Made by a program: the position numbers and the translations under genes | In this document: positions 41,501-53,500 of the stretch, in pieces | Position numbering within the stretch: position 1 is the first letter of the stretch | Layout of the letters: each line of letters starts with the position of its first letter | Notes under the pieces: generated by a model | What the model saw: only the letters and a program-made list of their open reading frames with translations | The model's database searches: none | Told to the model about the DNA's origin: nothing | Source of the DNA: Macrostomum hystrix | Taxonomy: Eukaryota > Animalia > Platyhelminthes | Assembly: GCA_950097015.1 (NCBI GenBank) | Contig: CATNEN010000033.1 | Coordinates: 3,968,001-4,032,000 of the forward strand | Length of the DNA: 64,000 nucleotides | Direction of reading: 5' to 3'

Positions 41501-44500
41501 ACAAGATGTCCAACTAGGGTCAATTGGTTTTGATGTGAGGAGGGATTTAGTTTTGTTTTTCATAGCTGGCTCCATAATGGATGTGGTTACATCAGCAGCA
41601 GCAGCAGCAGCAGCAGTAGTAGCAGTCTTAGCCCTGCGGGTTCGCCGTGATGAACTGATGAAGCTGGGAATTAGAGTCATGAAACTGAGAGTGAGAATGC
41701 TGTTGCATCAGCTCCTTCGAGCCCCGAAGCGATGGGAAAGAGCTTTGAGTAGCGCGAGGCACCGCGGGATAATAGTCTCACTAATTAGCAGCGTGTGGGC
41801 CTGCCCTGCCTCAGTCTTGTCGCTCCGCATCTGCCCTTTCAAATGCGGATTTGAAATCCATTTCCTCAGCAGCTCTCAGACTTTAATCTCCCTTACCCCC
41901 AGCACAGAAAATATTTCCCAGTCGAGACTTCTTTAGAGATTTCTTAGAAAGCTAAATTGCCACCTGCCTCATACCTGTTTCAACCCCACCGCCAAGTCGT
42001 TAATGATACCATTCAATTATTACAACTTTCTGTCTGCTGATAGATGACTGCAGACCTCTTTCCCAAACCCCAAGAAGCTGGGACTCTCCGGCTAGGATAG
42101 ATTTTTTACGCTTCTATAAATGCATAGGTAATTAGACAGCGCTTTCATTTTTAATGGCATGTTCAGCTAATTATTGAGATGAGCCCGATTAGGGGATGAG
42201 CTGCTCTCAGTGAGCACTCACTTGAGTCTAATTGACTCTCCTTGGCCTTTGCTCTGTCGAGCGGTAAATTGCACCCCTCAACCCTTCTGAGGGCTTCTCT
42301 ACCTGCTTCTCTACCTGCTTCTCTACCTGCTTCTCTACCTGCTTCTCTACCTGCTTCTCTACCTGCTTCTCTACCTGCTTGTCTCTCTGCTTCCCTCCCT
42401 GCTTCTCTACCTGCTTCTCTACCTGCTTCTCTACCTGCTTCTCTACCTGCTTCTCTACCTGCTTGTCTCTCTGCTTCCCTCCCTGCTTCTCTACATGCTT
42501 CTCTACCTGCTTCTCTACCTGCTTGTCTCTCTGCTTCCCTCCCTGCTTCTCTACATGCTTCTCTACCTGCTTCTCTACCTGCTTGTCTCTCTGCTTCCCT
42601 CCCTGCTTCTCTACCTGCTTCTCTACCTGCTTCTCTCCCTGCTTGTCTCTGCTTCTCTACCTGCTTCTCTCCCTGCTTCTCTACTTGCTTCTTTTCAAAA
42701 TATTTTTGTTACTACAATTGTACTCATAGCTCGATGCAGACAAAAATTTTCCTAGAAACTGTTGTCACCAAGTAGAGTAGATTGTTTAGTTATTTGTAGA
42801 ATTTACCACTTTCCTAGCTACAAAAGAGTACTCAAACTATTACGGTACCAAGAAAGTTTCACGAATTCTAAAAAAATAGTTTCGCAAAAAAGTCCAACTG
42901 CAAAAATTCGCGACATTTAATAAAAATATCGAAAAACGCTTGTCGCCTACTTCGAGTACTTAAAGTAGTTAACTGTATAAGCAATTCAATAATTCCAGGA
43001 GGCCATTGCCTACGCCGCTCAGGAGAATCTGCGTCTAGCAGAAACACCCGAAGCTGCAGCGGTTGTTGCCATGGCAACCCAGGCTGCGCCGGAGAATCCA
43101 CTGCTCAGGCGACTCCCGGATCCCGTTCGCGAGGCCTTCGCGCCGCTGCGTCGCTCGCGCTACCAAGTGGTCGCCTTCATCGACTGGAGCGGCATCGCCC
43201 ACCCCATCTTCACGGCGGCCAGCGGGCCCGCCTGCGCCTTCTCGAACTGGCTGCACCTGTGGTGCCGGTTTCTTATCACGCAGGTAAGTTCAAAAGGTGT
43301 TCAAAAGGGGGCCGGTGGCAGAGCGGTTAACGCGTTTACCTCTTGCACCAATGTCCCTAAGCTCGATTCCGCGGCGAGGCCACATTCATTTGGGGCGCAG
43401 CCGCAAAGGGTGGACTTAGGGGCTTGTCGTGCAATATACGCCCTTAAGGGCCAAGCTCCTTGGCTTAGTGAAATGTACACTGCCTGACGATGAGATGAAG
43501 AGTTTTGCGTGTTGATCAGACACACGAAACTCCCACTTCTAGACAATGGGGAACAATTGCCTAGGAATTTATAACAGTCACGTGACACTTACTGCAGTTT
43601 CTTCTTCTTCCTTGATAGTGAGTTGTTTGTAGTCTTTGTCTTCTTTGTCTTCCTGGTAGCTGCTTGAGTTTGTCTGTTGGCCAATAAATGACGAGAGCGA
43701 ATCAGATTACTTTTCGGTTTCCTCGAGCTCGGAATTCACAATAGAAACGTGCGCCCTAGTGAACAATTGAAATCTCTCTTGTATATCTCTAATAGGTCCT
43801 CCTGGAGGGCGTCTTCTTCGTTACCTCCGAAAGATAACGGATAACTCAAATCAAATCAATCAATAATCCTCTAGGAATGTATCCTAGGAAACAAGGAGGC
43901 CTTTCTCAAATGTATCGACGATATGTGGCTCTCGTAAACTTAGTTCAATTCAACAACTATTGCTAGCAATAAATTACTCTGTCTAGTAAAGCGCTTACCA
44001 CTTGTCTTTCCCTCAGAGATGAGTCCTCTTCTTCGTAAGGTGTTTTGAAGTCCGGTGGACCGCTCCGAGTCTGAATTTTTAGCTCGGATTTTCGCTTGTA
44101 TTTATAGTAAAATTTTGGGGAAAAACCGGTTCTACTACCGGGTGTTTACATTGGGCATACATGTTTGCACAGTGAGGTCAGACTTGTTTGATCAGCTGCG
44201 TTTTGGGGGGTTTTCAGGTGAACATTACCATATTTGGAATATTGTGTAAATACAGGTGCAGAAACCGATGAGTCATGTTTGCTTCAAGTAAATACAGCTG
44301 TCGAGAACCAGTTCTCCGATTTCATGTCACATGACTTGTTTCTAAAAATAGCGCATGACTCATTCCTAAAAATAGATTAAACATTATAGCTAAGGTTTCC
44401 TTGTGACATTACTTTAAGTAGCGCGTTAAGTAAAAACGTATTTTACAACTCTCTACAATATCTCCCTTTTTTACGAAAAATTCGTCCCGAATTTATTCTT

Positions 44501-47500
44501 GAGAGGAAAAGAAAATGACTTAGCTTAACAATAATAAGATAACATCACGTATTGACAGTATTGTACAGTTCGCCATGAGTTACATATCATACATTGGCGG
44601 AGATTTCCACGGCACAAAGGACAGTTTTTTAATGGTTTTTTGTAGTGTGCGAGGCTTAAGCAAGAACCGCAAACATGGTGTTTATTGACACATATACATG
44701 GTAGTTTACATGAGAATTCTTCAAGACAGACAGGACAGTCCATGGTAGTGTTCGCGAAAATTGTGTGGGCGTTTGCAGAGAACAGAGGTTTTAGTCGCCT
44801 TTTACGACAAGCTTGAGAAGCTGTAGTGCTATTCTTAATCCCGGTCACTACACGGGTAACAATAAACGAGTAATTTAACGCGGGCGTAGGTTATACGTAT
44901 GAGTATTTGGTGGTGTGTTTGTGGTTTGTGTCTCGGCATGTGCTGTTGCAATGTGCTTGTTTGTTGTTTTTGTGTGGTCTGGATTCTGTAACGTTGGAAG
45001 GAATGTAGTGTCGTTAGTGATGCGTTTTAAACGTTGAATGTGAACGTAGAACTGAGGTTGATGTGGATCCTGGATATTTGCAAGGCGTGCTGTTGTCGCG
45101 GATATCAGTCCTGTTACACGGAAAGGTCCTTTGTATTTGAAAGCATGCTTGTGCGTATGCTGTGCCGGGTAGTGTAGGTAGACGATATCTCCTACTTGTA
45201 AGGTAGAAGCATGATTACTTGTTGTAGGTACGGTAGATTGGTTGTCGAGATTATGTTTTGCAATTTGCCATGCTAGGTGTAATTGAGAAGTGAACTTTTG
45301 TAGCGTCGTCGGCGTGTCAACATATTGAGATGGCAGTAATTTCTGAACTAATAGATTCGGTGGTTGAAAGTCTCGAGAGAACATCAGAAAGAATGGTGTG
45401 TTCTCTGTTGAACGATGAACTGCGCTATTGTAGGCCATTGTCACGGATTGTATGTAAATAATCCAATCTTCAGGTTGTTTGTAAACAAAGTGTGTCAGCA
45501 TTTCATGTAGATTTCTGTGAAATCTTTCGACGAGGTTTGCTTTTGGATTATATGTCGAAGTGAATATTTGTTGAATATTCAGTAGTTTGGCGGCCTGTTG
45601 AAATAATTGCGATGTGAACTGTGTACCATTGTCAGATGTTAGCGTCTTAGGAGTTCCGAATTTGCAGATAATTTCATTATAGAAGGCCATTGCAACTGTT
45701 GTCGCTGTGATGTCAGGTATCGGAATGGCAACGGCGAATTTCGAAAAAACATCCAAGGCTGTAAGAATGTAGTTGTAGTCGATAGAGTGTTGTCGAGCCG
45801 GTGGTAGTGGTCCGGTAATGTCAATTGACACTGTGTCCCATGTAGTTGTCTTCGGCACTGATTGGAATTCAGGTTTTTGTCGTCTTCCGATTTTTGTTGA
45901 AGCACATGAGTGACATTGTGTGCAGTACTTGCGAATGTCTAAATTCATTGTTGGCCAAAAATAGAACTGGGCGACTCTCTGGATTGTTTTCTTGGCGGAT
46001 AAGTGTCCTGCTAATGGACTATCATGGAGTTCGTGTAGGATCGCTGAACGGAATGTGTAGGGTAGGTACAGTCGCGGAATATTGTTGTACACCCAGTAGA
46101 GTGCGAGTTCTCTGAAAACTAGACTATTTTTGTGTTTTCGTAAGAATTGTTTTTCGATTTTTGTAAGTTCATTTTCCGTTTCTTCTGTATCTTCTTGTAT
46201 GGCTTTGTAAAAGGAATCGTCTTGTTGTGCTTTCAACAAGTCTTTTATGGTTGGAATTGGATGAACTGCATTGATCTCGTATGTTCTGGACAGTGCATCA
46301 GCGGCTTTATTCATTGGCCCTGGTTTGTAAACCAGGTGAAAGTTGTAGTCCTGTATTTTGAGGACCATTCGGATGAGTCTATTGTTCGTCTGTCCTTTTG
46401 TTTTAACAACGTGAGTCAGCGGTGCATAATCTGTGCGAATGATAGTTGGCAGTGGTGATCCATAGATGTAGTAATGGAATTGTCGAAGAGCAAACAGAAC
46501 AGCTAGTAGTTCTCGTTCAGTGGCTGACCATTTTGTTTCGTTTGGTCTTAGCGCTCTGCTGATGTAAGCAATCGGTTTTTCTTTCTTTGGTTCCATTTCC
46601 TGAAGTAGTACGGCTCCTAATCCGCTTCCTGATGCGTCTGTTTCTATGATAAAAGGTTTGTGGAAGTTCGGGTGTTTGAGAAGAGCATCACTAGTTAGTT
46701 GCTGTTTGATTCTATCGAAACTTTCCTGTTGTTCCGCTTTCCAGTTGTCTTCTTTCCACTTTGGAATTTTTAGTAGTTCGTACAATGGTTTAGCCGTTTG
46801 TGCAAAGTTAGGTAGGAATTTTCGGAAATATTGTGCTAGTCCAAGGAATGACTGCAGTTTGGTAATTGACGTAGGTTTCGGGAACTTCTTGACCTTGTCG
46901 ACGTTATTTGGGTCAGGTGATATGCCTCGTGATGAGACGTGATGTCCAAGATATCGGACCGAATCTCTGCAGAATTTACATTTTGTTGGTTGCAGTTTTA
47001 GACCTTGTTGTCGGAGTAAGAAGAGAGCTTGTTCCATGACTTTTACTAGTTGTTCAAAGTTATTTCCAAAGGCAAGAATATCATCAACATAGTGAAGCAG
47101 ATTTGTACATCCGGCTAGCATATAGGCTGTAAGACGGCTCATTGTTGCTGGTGAGTTGGAGATTCCCATTGGACTTCTCTGATACGCGAAAACTTCTCCT
47201 TTGTAAGTTTTGAAGGCAGTGTATTGTTTTGATTCTTCTTCAAGTTCGATTTGCCAGAATCCATGTCGTAGGTCAAATACGGTGAAGAGTGTCGCCGTAT
47301 TGAGTCGTGCTAGCAGTTCTGAGATTTTTGGTAGACTTTGTTGATCGGTGGGAATGTACTTATTTAGGACTCGGAAATCACAGACGAGTCGTCTTTCGTT
47401 TGTTTCTTTCTTTTCGACAAGAAGGCAAGGTGAAGAATAAGCTGAGACGGTACGTTTTATGATTCCTGCTTTAAGCATTTTTTCTATGATTTCATCGAAG

Positions 47501-50500
47501 TGTTGCTGTAGGTGTTTAGCGACTGGATATGGTTTACATTGGATTGGTTCTTGATGAGGTAGCAGTTCAATTTTTTGCTTGATATCTCGAGCACATCCGA
47601 TGTCGTAATCGTGATGACAGAAGACGTCGTTATACTTCCACAATAGATCTTTAACTTGTGTTTTTTGTCCTTCAGTGATTGGACTTTGAGAAAGATCAAT
47701 TTGTTGTAGGAATTTTTGTTTAGACATTTTTGTTGTTGTGTCTGGTTGGATGAGCATTACCGAAGCTTGTGTGTTGAGATGTCCCATGCATGTTCCTGCA
47801 TAAATTTTTACTGGATGTTGATTTGGATTTATAATTTGTACTGGGATGTTTCTTTCCTTTGTGATAAGGACTAGAGCCGTTGGTATTAAAACTTCTTTTG
47901 TTGTGAGGATCTTCTTTCTTGGTTCAAATATCATAGCTTCTTCGACATCGTCATGATTGGCGAGATATGCTTTAACCCAACATGTACTTTCCGGCTGTAT
48001 GAAGACATCTTGTTTAATATGTACTTTTGGTTGAAGGTGAACTTGGCTGACTAAAGGATGTTCCACATTGTCCAGTTTGAATGTTTGTTTGTTAAAATCA
48101 AATGTTAATGGTAGATTCATCTGCCGAAATGTGTCGATTCCAATAATAACATCTTGGCTTGGAAGATGGTCAATAACAAATGCTTGTACCAGAAGTTGCT
48201 TGTTTGCAAGTTTAAGTGATATATTCACTTGTCCTAGGATATTAAGTGCATGTCCTCCGGCTCCAGCGACAGCGATTGAAGAAGGTCGCATATGAAGTTG
48301 CAATTTGTCGTAGAGTCTTTTTGTGATGACTGTGATTGAACTTCCTGAGTCGAGAAGTGCTTTACTGGGCATGTTGTTTATAAATACTTGAGCCATCGCT
48401 CTACCCATATTGGCTTGCAAGGTGCAAATGTAATTTGCTGGCCATTTTGGATCCGTTGGTAGAGGAGGAGATTTCGGCGGTGGTCTCGCTGTTCTGATTT
48501 CAATTTTTGGGTAAATATTTGATGCTTCTGGTTCTGGTGCTGTTGGCAATAATTGTTTTCTTTGATCTTGTAGTAGAGTTTCTTCAATTTTTTCGTTGAG
48601 TGTAGTAGTTTCTTGTTGTTTGTCAATTTGGAAAATCCGTTGTTTTGCTGGATAGGCTCGTGCTACACATCGTACTACTGTGATAAAGATCATTAGTGCA
48701 AGGTGAATCCATACAATGCATGCACTGGAGAAGATGAATCCCTGATAGTAACTTCCTTTTCCTTGGAGTAAATCGAGAAAGCTATTCGACCAAAAGGATC
48801 CTATTGCGTTATGTATGATGAATCCTGTCGAAAAGGATTGTTCTTTGTCCTGCTGGTTGTGTTGGGTAAAGAGCTTGTTCATCATCTGTCGTTGGGCGAT
48901 AAAAACTTGAAGAAAATCATTAATTGTCCATCCTGGTGTAATTTCGTCAAGTTTGATGTCACCAAATGGTTTATAGGTGGTCTTATTTATCTTGAGCTGT
49001 AGGTCCGATAGTTCGTATGTTTCGTCGATAATAGCTTGCATACCAGTGATGTTTGTAATGTGCCCAGTTGTTGAGACCTTGTGTAGTTTATTATTAATGT
49101 TGAAATAGTTGGCTGCGTCAGTGCAGGGTCTCGGGATTGCAGTTCCAACAATTATATTGTGCACAGTATCTAGAAATCCTTGAATTCGTTTCCCATTGTA
49201 GTAAGCTTCGATTCTGGGTTTATCGTAGCACGTAGTTGATGTGTTTGATGGCAAGATATTAAAATGATGCAGTGGCACACATTTGTAAATCAACAGATGG
49301 CCAGAGATGGGGATAGCTAAAGCATCTTGAATCCCTGTGATTTTTCTGAATGTAGACGTTGGATTGACATAATAGTTTTGTCGTGCATAGTTAAGTGCAG
49401 TTTCGTGCATTCTACAAGTCAGTTGGATCAGTGATTTGTGCAAGTAGTTTAGTTCTTTATGTAGGTTATGTTCCATTGCTGCGAGTTTTGCCGCTAGTAG
49501 TCGTGCAGAAACCATTGATGGTCTTTGTAGTTCTCTCTTTTTCCGAGCTGTGTTGGTTCTTGTTGAATAAGTACCATTGACCAGTCTCATAAAGGTATCC
49601 TCATCCATATCACGTAATTCGAGCGGTATCTCTTGTTCAGACACTAGAAGTTTTTTAGAGTTCTCCTTGCAGTTAATTTGGAGATACTTGGCTTTTTTTG
49701 GAAAAGTTAGGGCAAAATCCGACGTACTCGCAAGGAAGGTATTTGACAGTAGACTTCCTTTTATTGTATGGTACTTCTGGAATTTACAATCAATATTCGG
49801 TTCAACTTTCCATGCAACGAAGTACTGTCGTTGGTATTCTGTAATCTCATAGTATGGGCTGTGTCGATGTTCAATTTGCCATCTGTAATTTTGATGATAT
49901 GTTGGAGCCAGCGGTACTTGCCATACTGCTTCGTTCCAGAGTTTTGCTGTTTCGCAGAACCCTGTGTTGTACTTGCAATCTTCCATTGATAATTGTAGAG
50001 ATTCCATGTTTTCAAATGGATTGTGGTAAAACAAGACTTTCCGGATCAAGTAACTGTTTGTCGTGGTGTAACGTGGCCATATGTATTCGTTCCAATGGAC
50101 ATATCTACCGCTCGCACTGTTCTTGGTTCTGAAGAGTTGAGAGTTTCCAATTTTTTCATCGGCATGAAGTTCTCCATCTTTAGAAAATAATGTTTGGTTC
50201 CACTGAAGGCATTCTTCTTGTGTGACAGGCAGTGCTGTTTGCCAGAATCGGATGCGATTCCATTGGATGTACCAAACCTTTTCTAGTTCATGTTTATCTC
50301 GGAAACAGATAATACCATATTGTCTATGTTTCTTTGTGTTTGCTTTGTAGACATCGATCGTTAATGGAATAGGTTTTGTTTGATTAGTTTTAAAGTAACT
50401 GCACTTGATTTCCGTTGGTATTTTGTAGATGACTGGTTGGATGTTGGCATCAGTAGGACATATCATGGGCACTGAAGATGGTACAACTGTCGGGAGAAGT

Positions 50501-53500
50501 AACATCACGATGGCTGAAAACAACCATCTTATCAGTATGTGCCGTTTCTTTTTCTTCACTTTGGTTGGTGTTGTCGGTTTATTGGTGTTTATTGAGTATC
50601 GTTGGTCTTCTGTCTCTCCAATTGGTGGAGTAAGGCGCATAGAAAAGTGCCATGGGTTGTTGCATCCTGATGGTCTGGTTTGTTGGTTATACCAGGTTGG
50701 TTGTTTCATATTGAATGTTAATGGTGTATTGAGAGTTTGCAGTACGGTACTTGTAGTATCCGTTCTCATGTCGATCCACGTTGTTGGTTCATCATAGATA
50801 TGATCATCATCATTTTCCATCGACGTATTGTAGTCACTTTTAGTCTGAGAAGATCTATCGTGCTTCGAGTAGTATGATTCGGTATTCACTGCTTTATCGT
50901 GTCCATTCTGTCCTTCAGATGAATTGACATGGGTTATGTTTTCGTATTCGGGATCAGGTTTGTACTTGGGTGTCGAAGGCGGTGTCTCTGTCAAGTCGAT
51001 GTCATCGACTAAAATTTGTAACATGCTGATGTTTTCTTCAGACGTGTTGTGTGAATTTTTCGCACTGTGTTCCTCATTATTCCTTTCTGTGGATGTGGAC
51101 AATTCATCTATGCCTTCTTTGTTTTGCAGAATTTTTGAAAGATCACTCATCGTTGGAATTTTGAATAATCCTTTGATTTGTTGTTGTAATTGTTTTCGTT
51201 CAATGTGTTGACAGGTGTTGAAGGCAACACTTTCTCTTGGCGAGGGAATCGATAATTCTTCAAACAATGAACCCATTATGCAGCTGCTGTCGTTGCTTGT
51301 GTTGTCGTTCTGTATTTCCTGTGTTGACTCATTGTTGTAGTAAAAATTGTTTTCTTCTGTATCCTCTGTTTCCTTTTGTGGCATGGGCGGCTCTTTCGAA
51401 TGGTCGCTTTCGATTATAGTAATATAGGCTGCACCATCGTTGTCCAGATGAAGGTCATTGATTTCTTGCTCCTTCTTTTGTTTCTCAAGTTCATCAAGAA
51501 CATTGACAGAAAAGTCTGGCATAAGATCTTCAATCTTGAACTTTGGTTCAATAGTTTGAGTGTATTCAGGCTCAATAGCTTGAGTGTATTGTCGACGGAC
51601 TTGCGTTGGTTGTCTTGGAGGTGGAGGATTTCTTTGTTGACGATAAGGTACGATGGCATTAGATGGTCTGCTATCTTGTTGTCGACTATTTGTCCAATTA
51701 CGGTTTGAAGGCTGTCTTGGAGGATGAGTCCAATTGGTCTGTCTATTGTCATTGTACGAACGTGGGTTGCCACGTGATCTGCAGTCTCTAGCATAATGAC
51801 CGATCCTTCCACAGGTATAGCAAGTTGATGTGTGCAAGTATCTCTGTTGTGGTTGTGGATAGGAATATCTCTGCTGTTGTGGTACAATAGCAGAAGTTTG
51901 GTGTTGCTGCATGAGTTTGCTTAATTGTTCTGCCAGTTGTGTCGTGTCACTATTATGAGTAGTCATAAGAGGTGCGCTAGCTTCCCATTGCATTCCACAA
52001 CGGAGCAATTGTTCCTCTGTGTTAATAGTTTCTCTCAGCAGTCTATCTCGCAAAGTAGGCTGTGCGTTGTTAATCACATGAAGTATTAAACTTTGTTCCC
52101 GGTCTTCAAGACGTTGTCTTTCTCGTGCAGCTGATTCGGCAGGTCCTATAGGTTGCGCTCCTTGATCCAATGGTGGAGGCTGATGTAATGCTTTGATGAT
52201 CTTACGGATGTCATCAACAAAGGTGAGAAAACTCTCAGTGGGACTCATTTTTCGATTATGAAGTTTATGAAGGAGTACCGATCTGTTTGTTCCACATCGT
52301 GCGAATTGTGCTCTCAGTTGGGTAACTAGAGCTTGATAATCTTGTTGTACTGCAGCTGTCAATTTTCCATAGATTTCTCGAGCTGTTCCTTGTAACAGTG
52401 GAGGTAGGAGGAGTGCTTTCTCTGCATTCTGTAATCCATATTCGCGTGAGACCAAATCAAAGTGATCAATGAATGTGTTGAAATCTTTATCCATTGTATA
52501 CATTCCGACCGTTTCCTTAATGTCACGATGGACCTGATAGTTTCTTCGTGCCATATTCGCAACTGGGAACGGAAATAATTCAAGTTCTGGATCGATGTTC
52601 AAGGGTTCGTCCAGATTGACTTCTCTGACAAGATTTAGTGTGAATAAAAAGTGTGTGTGTGTGCGTGTGCGTGTGTATCAGCAAATTGAAAATGGTTTAC
52701 ACAGAGGAATTATTTACTCAGGACAAGGGAGAAAAATTTATACAAAGCAGGGAACGTATGCCGCTTTTAACGCTGAAAAGGGGTTATTGAAATGTGAGCC
52801 GGTGAGTTCAGTCGCGCGATTCCCAGATGTGCAAACAATAGAGCGAAGTGACGCGTGTGGCTTATGTGCAAACAATATCCGGTAGGGACAGCAAAAATTT
52901 TTCAGAGGTATGACGCAACAAAATTTTTATGAAACGGTGGATCAAGGGCAATAATGATGAGTTGCAAAAAATGGTTTCTTTTTACTTTTTTGTTAAAACG
53001 ATTCGAAAGTTGTAACGCAAAAAATTTTAGTATCTCGGCCTGGGCTTGATTGCAGGGCCTGGGCTTGATTGCAGGGCCTGGGCGAGATCACCAGTTGAAG
53101 AGTTTTGCGTGTTGATCAGACACACGAAACTCCCACTTCTAGACAATGGGGAACAATTGCCTAGGAATTTATAACAGTCACGTGACACTTACTGCAGTTT
53201 CTTCTTCTTCCTTGATAGTGAGTTGTTTGTAGTCTTTGTCTTCTTTGTCTTCCTGGTAGCTGCTTGAGTTTGTCTGTTGGCCAATAAATGACGAGAGCGA
53301 ATCAGATTACTTTTCGGTTTCCTCGAGCTCGGAATTCACAATAGAAACGTGCGCCCTAGTGAACAATTGAAATCTCTCTTGTATATCTCTAATAGGTCCT
53401 CCTGGAGGGCGTCTTCTTCGTTACCTCCGAAAGATAACGGATAACTCAAATCAAATCAATCAATAATCCTCTAGGAATGTATCCTAGGAAACAAGGAGGC

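Noticed and set aside
41430-41936. 168-aa + ORF and poly-Ala - ORF
   Set aside because: Driven by a CAG microsatellite; no splice or homology support
43307-43375. tRNA gene
   Set aside because: A/B boxes present but no full cloverleaf, and it continues into a SINE body shared with 57469
44055-44249. 64-aa ORF present in both LTRs (+ strand)
   Set aside because: GTG start, antisense to the element, no recognisable domain
45639-52885. Short alternative-frame and antisense ORFs within the retroelement
   Set aside because: Shadows of the long polyprotein with no motifs
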